A stretch of 63,804 nucleotides of DNA, taken from contig JAOZRT010000002.1 in NCBI GenBank assembly GCA_029940035.1, forward strand, positions 1 through 63,804, given 5' to 3'. The translations under genes and the position numbers were made by a program. Under the pieces are notes generated by a model that saw nothing but the letters and a program-made list of their open reading frames with translations, did not search any database and was not told the DNA's origin. Source of the DNA: Desulfobacterales bacterium (GTDB lineage: Bacteria; Desulfobacterota; Desulfobacteria; Desulfobacterales; B30-G6). This document shows, one piece after another, positions 1 through 9,424 of the stretch. Within the stretch, counting starts at the first letter, position 1. Every line of letters begins with the position of its first letter.

Positions 1-632
1 AAACATTCACCAGAATAAAGGGTTTCGCTATCGTTCGAGAAAACAACCTCGACGCTTGAATCAGAATTGATCCACTGAGATGTTTGCGGTGGTTCCAAAG
101 ATATCTTTATATGAAAAGAGTTTGAAGAAAACTCAGTTAAAGTGCCTTTGAATATAACGCTGTTCTGAATTACCTGGGCGTTTATTCCTATACAGGGATG
201 ATGCTCGATTTTTTCTATTTCCAGTGGATAGTATTGCTCGGACAGTATCAGGTAAATACCGGATTCATCGATATCTACCAACTCAGGCTTTAAATTAAGA
301 TTACTATTCTCATGCGTTAAGCTGATACTTTCAAATTCATATGATATAAGCTTTCTACGGACTTCATCAGTATTGGCCCACAAGCAGGTAAGTTCATTGC
401 CAGTGCAGGGCTGCGGTTTGGCCTGAAGCGACACAATGTGTGCAAACCGGGAATGCTTCAAATTTATTACAATAAAGTCATCCTGAAAATTGACATAGTT
501 CAACAGATTGATTATTTGCTTTCGACTGATTTTTTTTTTGGGTTTCTCTTCCCGCGCCGGTTCCTGACTTACAATTTTAGGGGTATTGACTATTCTATCG
601 TCTGTGCCCGTTTTGATTATTTCGTAGCCCAT
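1..632 (-). CDS. hypothetical protein, partial (3' end runs off the window)
   Basis: This ORF is absent from the supplied track because it has no stop inside the window. My reverse-strand translation from the ATG at 632..630 (MGYEIIKTGTDDRIVNTPKIVSQEPAREEKPKKK...) stays open for about 210 codons in AT-rich DNA. I checked the first 120 nt triplet by triplet for stops and found none. I recognise no family. Confidence 0.5.
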   Translation of the reverse strand, partial: MGYEIIKTGTDDRIVNTPKIVSQEPAREEKPKKKISRKQIINLLNYVNFQDDFIVINLKHSRFAHIVSLQAKPQPCTGNELTCLWANTDEVRRKLISYEFESISLTHENSNLNLKPELVDIDESGIYLILSEQYYPLEIEKIEHHPCIGINAQVIQNSVIFKGTLTEFSSNSFHIKISLEPPQTSQWINSDSSVEVVFSNDSETLYSGEC

Positions 633-950
633 CTGTTGTTGTTCCTTCTTTATATGATTGCCTTCTTACAACGCTCAGGATGTGACCAAACTGGAATAAT
701 TACAAGCCTAATTTCTAAACCAGCTAGAAACCATAGATATTTAGCATATATAGCCAGCTTATTCAAGACAGTTGCACACGAGCAGGACCAGAAAGCCGCA
801 TGGTTGTAATCGACCTCATTCCATATCATAAGTGGCTTGCCCTTACATTTTCCGCCGCCCTGGCAGGTATTTATGTTCTGTCGTTATGGGAGGGGGGGGG
901 AGCCGCTGGTTTTATTTTTATCAGGAAGGATACAAACTGGTCTTCCACAC

Positions 951-1757
951 CTAGGCCGGTTTCTTGCCCCTGCACAGGATTATCGGGGTGTAGGTAAAGC
1001 GCCGGGGATCTTCAAAGGCCCGCTTGAACTCATCGAAAAACTCATCATAGCCACCTTCGTACTGGTCAAATTTATACACTGATTTTACGCCCTCTGACGT
1101 AACTTTCAGCTTCCAGTTAAAGGCATCTATTTCATTCAGCTCCCCGAAAATAAGGTGATGGGGGGCAAGGTGCATATCGATATCCCGAAAACCCAGGTCG
1201 TATAAATACGCATAGAGCTTACGGCCAACATAGGGATCAAAATTGGCTTTTTCCTCAACCATCGTCATCATGCCCCTGACGGCTGATTCAAGCCTTTCCG
1301 GCAGGCCGAAATGGGTAAGACAGTTATAATCGAGGTCGGCCAGGCAAAGGACCCCGTCGGGCTTTAAAAGATTGGTTACGTTCTTGACGATATCAAAGCT
1401 CTCGGAACGGTAATATTCCAGCACAAAGCGAACCCAGATGAAATCAAACTGCCCCAGTTCGCTGAGATCCTGCCGAATATCCTTCTGGACAAAGGACAGG
1501 CCGTCATCCTGGTATGTCGATGATGCAAATTCTATACGCTGCTTTGCATTGTCCACGCCGATGGTTTCACCACCCGGCTGCGCCAGCTTGTTCAGGTAAT
1601 ATGATGTCTTTCCGGATCCGCACCCCAGATCGGCCACCCGCATCCCCGGCTTAAGCCCCGCCCAAAGGGCATGCTCCTGCACTGCCTTGGGAACTGTTTT
1701 CAAATCCAGGCGACGTGCTTCTTCATCGCCTTCCATCATGTAACCGCTGGCGCTCAT
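951..1757 (-). CDS. class I SAM-dependent methyltransferase
   Basis: 268-aa ORF. It has the SAM-binding motif I VADLGCGSGKTS, a downstream acidic loop (IGVD) and post-I/II motifs typical of the Rossmann-fold methyltransferases. Confidence 0.85.
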   Translation of the reverse strand: MSASGYMMEGDEEARRLDLKTVPKAVQEHALWAGLKPGMRVADLGCGSGKTSYYLNKLAQPGGETIGVDNAKQRIEFASSTYQDDGLSFVQKDIRQDLSELGQFDFIWVRFVLEYYRSESFDIVKNVTNLLKPDGVLCLADLDYNCLTHFGLPERLESAVRGMMTMVEEKANFDPYVGRKLYAYLYDLGFRDIDMHLAPHHLIFGELNEIDAFNWKLKVTSEGVKSVYKFDQYEGGYDEFFDEFKRAFEDPRRFTYTPIILCRGKKPA

Positions 1758-1916
1758 ATAGGTCCCTTCGTTGGCTGATGCCTGATTGGCAGCATATTTC
1801 AGAGAATAATCCTCCGCGAATTATTACAGGATAGGCTTTTTGTCAATATTGTTGATAAAAAAGAAGCCGCCAGCGGCGACTTCTCTGTGTACAATAAAGG
1901 CGCTGATTGTGTTTTA

Positions 1917-2129
1917 TCAATCTGCCCCATACTTGAAAGAAAGGGCGACACGGGCCCGGTAGGCAACCACCTGTCCGTCCTCGACTTTCATGTCCAGCTT
2001 TGTAATTTCCGCCACCCTCAGTTCCCTGAGGCTTTTGGATGCCTTGTCCACCGCATTTTTAGCTGCATCTTCCCAGGAAACAATGCTCGTTCCTACAAGT
2101 TCGATAATTTTGTAAACACTGTTAGTCAT
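1917..2129 (-). CDS. dodecin family protein
   Basis: 70-aa ORF MTNSVYKIIELVGTSIVSWEDAAKNAV...VAYRARVALSF. The size and the VYKIxELxGxS...A...A signature match the dodecin flavin-binding family. Confidence 0.75.
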   Translation of the reverse strand: MTNSVYKIIELVGTSIVSWEDAAKNAVDKASKSLRELRVAEITKLDMKVEDGQVVAYRARVALSFKYGAD

Positions 2130-2402
2130 TGTGGCCTCCTTTCCTTAAAAATGGTTTATTCTGAAGAGCCCATCCCCTTACATTGCAATGGCATTTATGC
2201 AACTCAGGGATATACCTTTTCCGGGCATATTTTTCATTGAAGGATTACGGCCAGAAACCGGTCGGACTGATGGTGGTATACAGATCAAGGTTCAGAAAAG
2301 ACCGTTAACCAGGAGTGAGCGCGGAATTAATAATGCCCGGATAAATTAATGATAGGGTTGCAGCCCGGTTAAGTCAAACAAAATATTATCTCTTTAAAGG
2401 CT

Positions 2403-2801
2403 CTAAGATTTGCCGGCTTCCACAGCACCAATGGCATCGATTTCAACACGCAGGCCAAAGGGCAGCTTATCTACCTGAACACAGGTTCGTGCCGGATGAT
2501 TGCGGTCAAAGAATGTTTCATACACGCTGTTAAACCTTCCGTATTCCCGAATATTCGTCAGGTAGGCCGTAACCTGCAGCAAGTTGCCCATGGATGACCC
2601 GGCAGCCTGCATAATAATACGGATGTTCTCCATGGCCAGCCGGGTCTCGTGCTCGATGGTCCCGGTCCTTACCTGATTGTTGCATGGGTCCACAGCCCCC
2701 TGCCCAGACAAAAATATCAACCCGTTATGCGTGACCGCCTGGGCATAGGGTCCGCCCATCTCCGCTGCATCGGCAGTGCACACCGGCACCTTGCTCACCA
2801 T
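2403..2801 (-). CDS. RidA/YjgF family reactive-intermediate deaminase
   Basis: 132-aa ORF with GPYAQAV..NGLIFLSGQ and the C-terminal PARTCVQV..LP....VEIDAI motifs of the YjgF/RidA family. Confidence 0.85.
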   Translation of the reverse strand: MVSKVPVCTADAAEMGGPYAQAVTHNGLIFLSGQGAVDPCNNQVRTGTIEHETRLAMENIRIIMQAAGSSMGNLLQVTAYLTNIREYGRFNSVYETFFDRNHPARTCVQVDKLPFGLRVEIDAIGAVEAGKS

Positions 2802-2825
2802 GATACCCCCTGTTCGATGTATAGG

Positions 2826-5800
2826 TTAATCCTCTTCAGGCTCCGAGCCGGTCAGACGATAAAAAGGTGCCCAATAAGCTGTTCTCACCGCTTTTGCCCA
2901 TCTGGACAAAGCAAGTCTGGTGGTGTGGATCAGTGCGTAGAGTGTGGGCACGACAATGAGCGTCAGAATTGTCGCCAGGGCCAGTCCAAAAATGACCGCA
3001 CTTGCCATGGAACTCCACCATTGGGTGGATTCACTTACCCAGGAAATCTCCATTTTGTGGAAATTATAAGCCACGCCCGTAACCATGGGCAGCAGTCCCA
3101 GGATGGTCGTTATGGCTGTCAGCAGGACCGGTCTGAGCCGTGTACACCCGGCGGCAACAACGGCATCCCGGAAACGCATGCCCCGCCTATGCAACCGGTT
3201 GGTGTAATCGATGAGGACAATGGCGTTGTTCACCACGACACCGGCCAGGGAAATAACCCCAACGCCGGTCATGACCACGCCGAAGGGATACTCCATGAAG
3301 GACAGCCCCAGAAATACGCCCCCCAAGGAAAGAACCACCGAGGTCAGAATAATCAGCGGCTGCAAAACAGAGTTGAACTGGGTGACCAGTATAAGCATGA
3401 TGAGAAACAGGGCCGCAGCAAAGGCTTTTAAAAGGAAGGCCTGGGCTTCATCCTGTTCCTCCTGTTCTCCGGTAAGGCGGATCCCGTATCCTGGGGGCAG
3501 CTTCAATTTATCCAGTATTTTGGCGGCCTCGGATCTCACCACCGCGCTGGGGACGTGCTGTTCTTCGACGTTGGCTGTTACGGTTACCACCCTTTCGTGG
3601 TTGATACGATTGATCTCCCCCAGGCCGCCGGTGATCTCAAACTTGGCAATGGTGCTCAGCGGGACCAGTCCTTCGCCCGTGGGAATAAGGAGCTCCCGAA
3701 GAACGTCTGTGGCTTTGCGGTCTTCTTTGGACAACTGGACCGTGATGTCATAATCTTCATTACCTTCCCTGAAAGTGGAGACCTTGATGCCGTTAAAGGC
3801 CACCTTCAGCGCAAAGCCGATAATTTCCGTGGACAACCCCAGCATGGCAGATTTTTGCCGATCCACACGCACCTTGACCGTAGGCGCGCCTGCTACGTAA
3901 TTATCGCGGATATCCTGAACAAAGGGAATCTTCTCCAATGTATTGCGGATTTCCTTGGAAATACGGCCAAGGACCGCAAAATTGTCCCCTGAAATTTCTA
4001 TGCTGATGGGCGCTCCGGTGGGCGGACCTTCCTGCTGCTCGGCTATGCTGATACGCGCCCCTGGAATACCGTCAATGCGTTTGCGGATTTCCTCGGTGGT
4101 ATCCTTGGATGATTCATTGCGGTCTTCAAGATCATGAAACTGAATACCGATATGGTTGGGCGAGTTACTCTCGAACTGGGAGCTGCCCCCAAGAATAGCG
4201 ACCGTACGTGAATAGATATCCTTCACATTTTCCATATCTGTCAGGCCCACCACCTGACTGCCTTTTCTCAGGGTGTGGTATTTCTGATCCGTGTTGCTCT
4301 CATAGCAATCCAGCGGATCGGCATCCTGTGAAGACAGGGGCTGGCCTGGGCCGTTGCAGAGCGCCATCTCCACCTGGCGGGCAATGCGGTCCGAATAGCT
4401 GATGTCGGCACCTTCAGGAACATCGAGGTTGATAAAAATGCTGCTCGGGTCCACACTGGGAAAAAATTCCACCGGTCTTTCAAGGCCGATGCGGTAGAAC
4501 CATATCATAGCCATGGCGATTACCGCTAAGAACGCCATAACCAGCACCGCCATTCGGTGGTTCAAAGCGCGTTCCAGAAACCAGCGGTAGGCTTTCAGCA
4601 TGGGGCCGCGGATGGTGATGGGCGCCTCGCCGGCCCGTTCGATTTCTTCAGCCGATACCCTGGCCATGAGCATGCGTTTGGCCAACGGCAGTTTCAGAAA
4701 AATAGCGGCCATGGCCGGATTGATCACCATGGCAACGAAAAGCGACGACGACAGCGTTATGATGACGGCTTTGGGAAGATAGGACATGAATTCGCCCATT
4801 ATGCCGGGCCAGAAAACCAGCGGAAAAAAAGCCGCCACCGTCGTGAGCGTCGAAGCGATAACCGGCCGGGCCACCTCTGCCGTGCCCCGCATGGCTGCCT
4901 GAACACGGGGCACCCCCTGTTCCATGTAGCGGAAAATATTCTCGACGATAACGATGGCATTGTCCACCAGCATGCCCAGGGCCAGGGTCAGCGAAAAAAG
5001 GACCACCATGTTGAGGGTGATGCCCAGGGCATCCAAAATGATAAAGGATATGAACATGGAAAACGGAATAGCCATGCTCACCAGAACCGCATTGCGCACC
5101 CCCATCACGAAAAAGAGGACGATCACGACCAGGATAAGGCCGGTAACGATGTTGTTCTCGAGGTCGGAAACCATCATCCGGATCTCTTTGGCCTGATCCA
5201 TCAACTTGGTGATTTCCGTTCCCGCTGGCCAGGTTCGACGTTTTACCTCTATGATCCGTGACACCTCTTCCATGATATCCAGGATATTTTCACCGGCCCT
5301 TTTCTTGATTTGTATGTTGATGGCCTGCCTGCCGTTGAGTTGGGAGCGTCCGACCTCGTCTTTGTAGTTGTTCACCATTTTGGCTACATCTTTGAGATAT
5401 ATAGGTTGTTCATTGTGCAGGTTCACCACTAGGCCGTAAATCTCTTCGGGCGTCCTGAACTCGCCCGGCACGCGCAACTGGAAGCGGCCGTCCCCCATCT
5501 GAATGGCCCCACCGGATACATTCTGGTTCTCCTGGGAAATCACATCCTGCAGCATCAGAATGGAAAGTCCAAAATAGGCCAGCTTATCAGGGAAGGGTTC
5601 GACGCGCACCTCGCGCTCCAGCCCGCCGGTTATATCCACGTCCAGCACCCCGGTGATCGATTCGAAATCCTCTTCCAGGTCCTCACCAATATCCTTCAAC
5701 CGTTCCAGGCCGGCCGTTCCGGACAGGGAAAAAACCACGATGGGCATTTCAGAGATGTTGATCTCACTTACATCCGGATCATCCTCCAGGTCCCGGGGCA

Positions 5801-6155
5801 AGTCCGGTTTGGCCATGTCAACTTTGTCTTTGGTCTTGGGCAGGACCTCGTCGATATCGGTTCCGGCCTCGAATTCGACCACTATGGAGCTCATGCCCTC
5901 GGTGCTGGAAGATTCGATGCGCTTGACCCCTTCAAGGCCTTTCAGCTTTTTCTCAATGGGTATGGTAATCGAGTTTTCGATGTCCTCGGGCGCGACACCG
6001 GCATAGTTCGTCATGATGAAGACATAGGGAATGGTGATGTCTGGAGCGGATTCACGCGGAAGGGTGGTATAGGAAACCACCCCGAAAATAATGATCATCA
6101 GGGCCAGGACCATGACACTGGTTCTTTTTTTTACGGCCAGGTCGGAAACGATCAT
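2826..6155 (-). CDS. efflux RND transporter permease (AcrB/HAE family)
   Basis: 1109-aa ORF with two 6-TM blocks separated by large periplasmic loops. AcrB-like sequence runs throughout (e.g. GMLVDNAIVIVENI, VVVNNAIVLIDY). Confidence 0.95.
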   Translation of the reverse strand: MIVSDLAVKKRTSVMVLALMIIIFGVVSYTTLPRESAPDITIPYVFIMTNYAGVAPEDIENSITIPIEKKLKGLEGVKRIESSSTEGMSSIVVEFEAGTDIDEVLPKTKDKVDMAKPDLPRDLEDDPDVSEINISEMPIVVFSLSGTAGLERLKDIGEDLEEDFESITGVLDVDITGGLEREVRVEPFPDKLAYFGLSILMLQDVISQENQNVSGGAIQMGDGRFQLRVPGEFRTPEEIYGLVVNLHNEQPIYLKDVAKMVNNYKDEVGRSQLNGRQAINIQIKKRAGENILDIMEEVSRIIEVKRRTWPAGTEITKLMDQAKEIRMMVSDLENNIVTGLILVVIVLFFVMGVRNAVLVSMAIPFSMFISFIILDALGITLNMVVLFSLTLALGMLVDNAIVIVENIFRYMEQGVPRVQAAMRGTAEVARPVIASTLTTVAAFFPLVFWPGIMGEFMSYLPKAVIITLSSSLFVAMVINPAMAAIFLKLPLAKRMLMARVSAEEIERAGEAPITIRGPMLKAYRWFLERALNHRMAVLVMAFLAVIAMAMIWFYRIGLERPVEFFPSVDPSSIFINLDVPEGADISYSDRIARQVEMALCNGPGQPLSSQDADPLDCYESNTDQKYHTLRKGSQVVGLTDMENVKDIYSRTVAILGGSSQFESNSPNHIGIQFHDLEDRNESSKDTTEEIRKRIDGIPGARISIAEQQEGPPTGAPISIEISGDNFAVLGRISKEIRNTLEKIPFVQDIRDNYVAGAPTVKVRVDRQKSAMLGLSTEIIGFALKVAFNGIKVSTFREGNEDYDITVQLSKEDRKATDVLRELLIPTGEGLVPLSTIAKFEITGGLGEINRINHERVVTVTANVEEQHVPSAVVRSEAAKILDKLKLPPGYGIRLTGEQEEQDEAQAFLLKAFAAALFLIMLILVTQFNSVLQPLIILTSVVLSLGGVFLGLSFMEYPFGVVMTGVGVISLAGVVVNNAIVLIDYTNRLHRRGMRFRDAVVAAGCTRLRPVLLTAITTILGLLPMVTGVAYNFHKMEISWVSESTQWWSSMASAVIFGLALATILTLIVVPTLYALIHTTRLALSRWAKAVRTAYWAPFYRLTGSEPEED

Positions 6156-7297
6156 AGGGCCAGAATCTCCTGGGGACTGCCGACATTTTGCACCACATCA
6201 ACCATCTGCCCCTCTTCAAGAAGCCGGTGCCCGACAATCACCAACCTGTCGCCAGCCGTAAGACCGGAGACAACCTGAATCTGCCAGTCCACAAGCATGC
6301 CCACTTCGACCTGCCGTTTTTCCGCCTTGCCCTTGTTTTCCACAAAAACAAAGCGTTGATCCCCCTGGTTGATAACGGCGTAAAGCGGGATGACCAGCGC
6401 ATCCTCATATACTCCCTTGACCAGTTCGACCCTGGCGAACATCCCCGGCAGAATCTGCCCGTCAGGGTTGGGAACCACCAGTTCGAGGTCGAAAAGGCGC
6501 GCCAGGTTTCTGGGCTGTCTTGAAAGAAAAACTTTTTTCCCTTTCACCCGCCGTTTTCCCAGCGCTTCTATTACCACTTCCGACGATTCAAGGTTAAAGA
6601 AAGAGGCCACATCGCTTTCCGGGATGCCGACCTTTACCTTCACATCTGAAACCTGCAGGATCTGGGCTATCTCCGCACCGGTTTGTATGAGGTCCCCCTG
6701 TTTTGCCGCTATGTTGTTGATCCACCCGCTGATGGGTGCGGTGATGCGCGTCCTCTCCAGGGCCAGGTTGGCTTCATCCAGTTGGACGGCCACATCCTTA
6801 TATCTGGCGCTGGCTTCGTCCATGCGGTTGGCTGCCGTGATTCCCTTTTTGTCCAGGGAAGCGGTGCGATCATACTCCAGCTTGGCCAGGTCATAGGCCG
6901 CCTCGATACGGGAAAGCCGCAATCGATAGTCCCGGTCATCCAACTCCACCAGGATCTGGCCCTTTTTCACGGTCTGCCCTTCCTTCACCGGAATATTCAC
7001 TACCTGGCCGCCGACTTCGGCCTTGACCCGGAGATCCTCGTATGGGTCCACGTATCCCGGCAGGTTGATCTTGTCCTCCAGACGAACGGGTTCGAGCGTG
7101 AGGGTGATGACGCTGACCGGCACGGTCTCAATTTTGATCGCTGACTGTTTGGCCTTTTCAAGACGGGTCTTCTCATGTTGAATGCGTTCGCCCAGGAAAA
7201 AGAGAAAGGCCACGATCCCGGCAACCAGCAGCCACGGGAAAATACTCCACACAATATGCAGCAGTTTTGTTTTCAAACCGGAAGGTTTCATGGTCAA
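6152..7297 (-). CDS. efflux RND transporter periplasmic adaptor (MFP/HlyD family)
   Basis: 381-aa ORF whose stop overlaps the permease start by 4 nt. It has an N-terminal TM anchor, a coiled-coil hairpin, and the lipoyl/beta-barrel motif TRITAPISGWI. Confidence 0.9.
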   Translation of the reverse strand: MTMKPSGLKTKLLHIVWSIFPWLLVAGIVAFLFFLGERIQHEKTRLEKAKQSAIKIETVPVSVITLTLEPVRLEDKINLPGYVDPYEDLRVKAEVGGQVVNIPVKEGQTVKKGQILVELDDRDYRLRLSRIEAAYDLAKLEYDRTASLDKKGITAANRMDEASARYKDVAVQLDEANLALERTRITAPISGWINNIAAKQGDLIQTGAEIAQILQVSDVKVKVGIPESDVASFFNLESSEVVIEALGKRRVKGKKVFLSRQPRNLARLFDLELVVPNPDGQILPGMFARVELVKGVYEDALVIPLYAVINQGDQRFVFVENKGKAEKRQVEVGMLVDWQIQVVSGLTAGDRLVIVGHRLLEEGQMVDVVQNVGSPQEILAL

Positions 7298-7548
7298 TGT
7301 CTGTTCTTACTTTTTAAAGGATATAATAAGGTTCGGTTCAATTATTCAGACACCAAAAAAGAAATATGTAATCCTAATATTTAGCTCTTGTCAAGATATC
7401 GTAAATAGGATGGTCTGCAACAATCGGTTCTGCTTCCATATATGGGAACTGTTCAACACTGCAACCTGTTGGCAGATTTAGCTTGCACGGGCGTTCATTT
7501 CAAACTATGTATATGGTTTTATGTAATTGGCATGAAAGGTGAGACAGA

Positions 7549-8580
7549 ATGAATGCGTATGCATTAAAGAAACTGCAGGAGCTGGCCATCGACATTGATG
7601 CCGTCGCCGGGCTGATTGCAGATACTCAGAAGCAAAACGGAGAGATCCCCTGGAGCCCCGGTGACAAGACCGATCCGTGGGACCATGTCGAGGCAGCCAT
7701 GGGCCTCTGCGTCGGCGGCCATCTGGACAGGGCCAGAAAAGCCTATCGCTGGCTGGCTGACACGCAGCTTGAGGACGGAAGCTGGTACTCGGCCTACTGG
7801 GACGGGACGCCCGATGACAAGACCCGGGAATCCAATATGTCCAGCTATCTGGCCGTGGGCCTGTTTCACTATTACCTGACAACCGGCGACAAAGCCTTTC
7901 TGCAGGAAATGTGGTCAACCATGCAGAAGGGTATCAACTTTGCCCTTAACCTTCAGACAGCAAACGGTGAAGTATACTGGGCCATCAGCCCCGATGGCCG
8001 CATTGACCAAATGGCCCTTTTGACCGGATCGAGCTCCATTTACATGAGTTTGAAATGTGCCATCGCCATCGCCAAAATTCTGGGGCATGCCCTACCTTCC
8101 TGGCAAACGGCCCTTGAAAAACTCGGTCACGCCATTTTGCACAAACCACACCTTTTCAACATGACCAAATCCCGCTTTTCCATGGACTGGTTTTACCCGG
8201 TTCTGGCCGGTGTTTTTCAGGGGGAGGAGGCCCAGAAGCGCATCGACCAGCAGTGGAAAAAGTTCATCATCACCGGCCAGGGGGTGCGTTGCGTGTCTGA
8301 CGAACCCTGGGTTACCCTGGCGGAAACATCCGAACTGACCCTGGCGCTGGCCGCCATGGGCAACCGCGAATTGTCCGAAATTATCTTCAATTGGATTATC
8401 GGTCGCAAATTCGAGGACGGTTCCTACTGGTGCGGCTATACCTATCCTGACACCATTGTGTGGCCGGAGGAAAAAATCACCTGGACCAATGCCGTTATTC
8501 TTATGGCCGCGGATGCTATTTATGGACTGACACCGGCAAGCCAGATTTTCAGCCATCGCCTCTGGGCCACCAATCACTGA
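7549..8580 (+). CDS. (alpha/alpha)-toroid protein, prenyltransferase/glucoamylase-like
   Basis: 343-aa ORF with repeated DGSW/NGE(V/I)xW motifs (QNGEIPW, EDGSWYS, ANGEVYWA, EDGSYWCG). These are typical of terpene-cyclase/prenyltransferase-like six-hairpin folds. The exact function is not assignable. Confidence 0.55.
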   Translation: MNAYALKKLQELAIDIDAVAGLIADTQKQNGEIPWSPGDKTDPWDHVEAAMGLCVGGHLDRARKAYRWLADTQLEDGSWYSAYWDGTPDDKTRESNMSSYLAVGLFHYYLTTGDKAFLQEMWSTMQKGINFALNLQTANGEVYWAISPDGRIDQMALLTGSSSIYMSLKCAIAIAKILGHALPSWQTALEKLGHAILHKPHLFNMTKSRFSMDWFYPVLAGVFQGEEAQKRIDQQWKKFIITGQGVRCVSDEPWVTLAETSELTLALAAMGNRELSEIIFNWIIGRKFEDGSYWCGYTYPDTIVWPEEKITWTNAVILMAADAIYGLTPASQIFSHRLWATNH

Positions 8581-8704
8581 ACCTTCAAGCACCTGAATCC
8601 TGCATGAGAATTGATAATGCTTCAGCAAACCCTAAGCTATTGTGGATTCGGTGGCAGAAACAACTAATTTCAAAACAACCTAAAGGGTTAAGAGGTAACC
8701 CGCT

Positions 8705-9424
8705 TTGCGCAAAGATCACCGACCTTATTTTTTAAAGCAGCTCTACCTCCGTCTGCAAAAGCGTTACGGTGCCCATTTTATCAGCCCCCAGCTCCAGTCC
8801 CTCGGCCAAGGTACGACCTTCATGAAGCCCTGGCACGTACAGATATTCGGCGGCCCCATCCACATCGGCGACTATGCTACCATCATCGCCTCGTCAGACA
8901 AGAAGGTCCGGATATCAGTATGGCCGCAGAGTCAGGGAAAAGGCGTTGTACATATCGGGAACTATTGCATGCTATGCCCTGGTGTCCGCATCAGCGCTGC
9001 CGACGAAATCCGCATCGGCCACAGCTGCATGTTCGCCAACAACGCCTACATTACCGATTCTGACTGGCACGACCTTTACAATCGTGTCATCACCGGCAGA
9101 ACAGCGCCGGTTCACATTGCCGACAATGTCTGGATAGGGGACGGCACCATCGTCTGCAAGGGTGTTACCATTGGGGAAAACAGCATCGTCGGTGCTGGCG
9201 CGGTGGTAACCGGGGACATCCCGGCCAATACGGTTGCCGCCGGCAACCCGGCAAAGGTCGTTAAACAGCTCGACCCCGGCAGACCCGTTACCACCCGGGC
9301 CCACTGGTTCGACCAACCTGACAGACTTTTCAGTGCTTTCGACGCCTACGACAAGGAAATGCTGAAAAACAACCGCATTATGGACTGGGTGAGATCTCTT
9401 TTCTTCCCTTCAAAAATTGACTAA
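8705..9424 (+). CDS. left-handed beta-helix (hexapeptide-repeat) acyltransferase
   Basis: 239-aa ORF with a TTG start in the track. Hexapeptide repeats are present (IGHSCMFANNAYI, VWIGDGTIVCKGVTIGENSIVGAGAVV) with the C-terminal AAGNPAKV motif of Mac/LacA-like O-acetyltransferases. Confidence 0.75.
   Translation: MRKDHRPYFLKQLYLRLQKRYGAHFISPQLQSLGQGTTFMKPWHVQIFGGPIHIGDYATIIASSDKKVRISVWPQSQGKGVVHIGNYCMLCPGVRISAADEIRIGHSCMFANNAYITDSDWHDLYNRVITGRTAPVHIADNVWIGDGTIVCKGVTIGENSIVGAGAVVTGDIPANTVAAGNPAKVVKQLDPGRPVTTRAHWFDQPDRLFSAFDAYDKEMLKNNRIMDWVRSLFFPSKID

Noticed and set aside
834-844. AAGGGCAAGCC on the minus strand, reminiscent of the c-di-GMP-I riboswitch core, upstream of the partial ORF.
   Set aside because: The rest of the GEMM-I consensus (second GGGACGCAAAGCC-type half and the pairing elements) is not present in the surrounding sequence.
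438-1082. Plus-strand track ORFs at 438..809, 800..997 and 837..1082.
   Set aside because: The first overlaps the better-supported minus-strand partial ORF (1-632) and AT-rich intergenic DNA. The others overlap the methyltransferase 3' end or a G-run. I saw no motifs and no RBS.
2649-3431. A 260-aa plus-strand ORF inside the RND permease gene.
   Set aside because: It is antisense to a 1109-aa AcrB-family gene and has His/Gln/Gly/Arg-rich low-complexity translation. I treat it as a shadow ORF.
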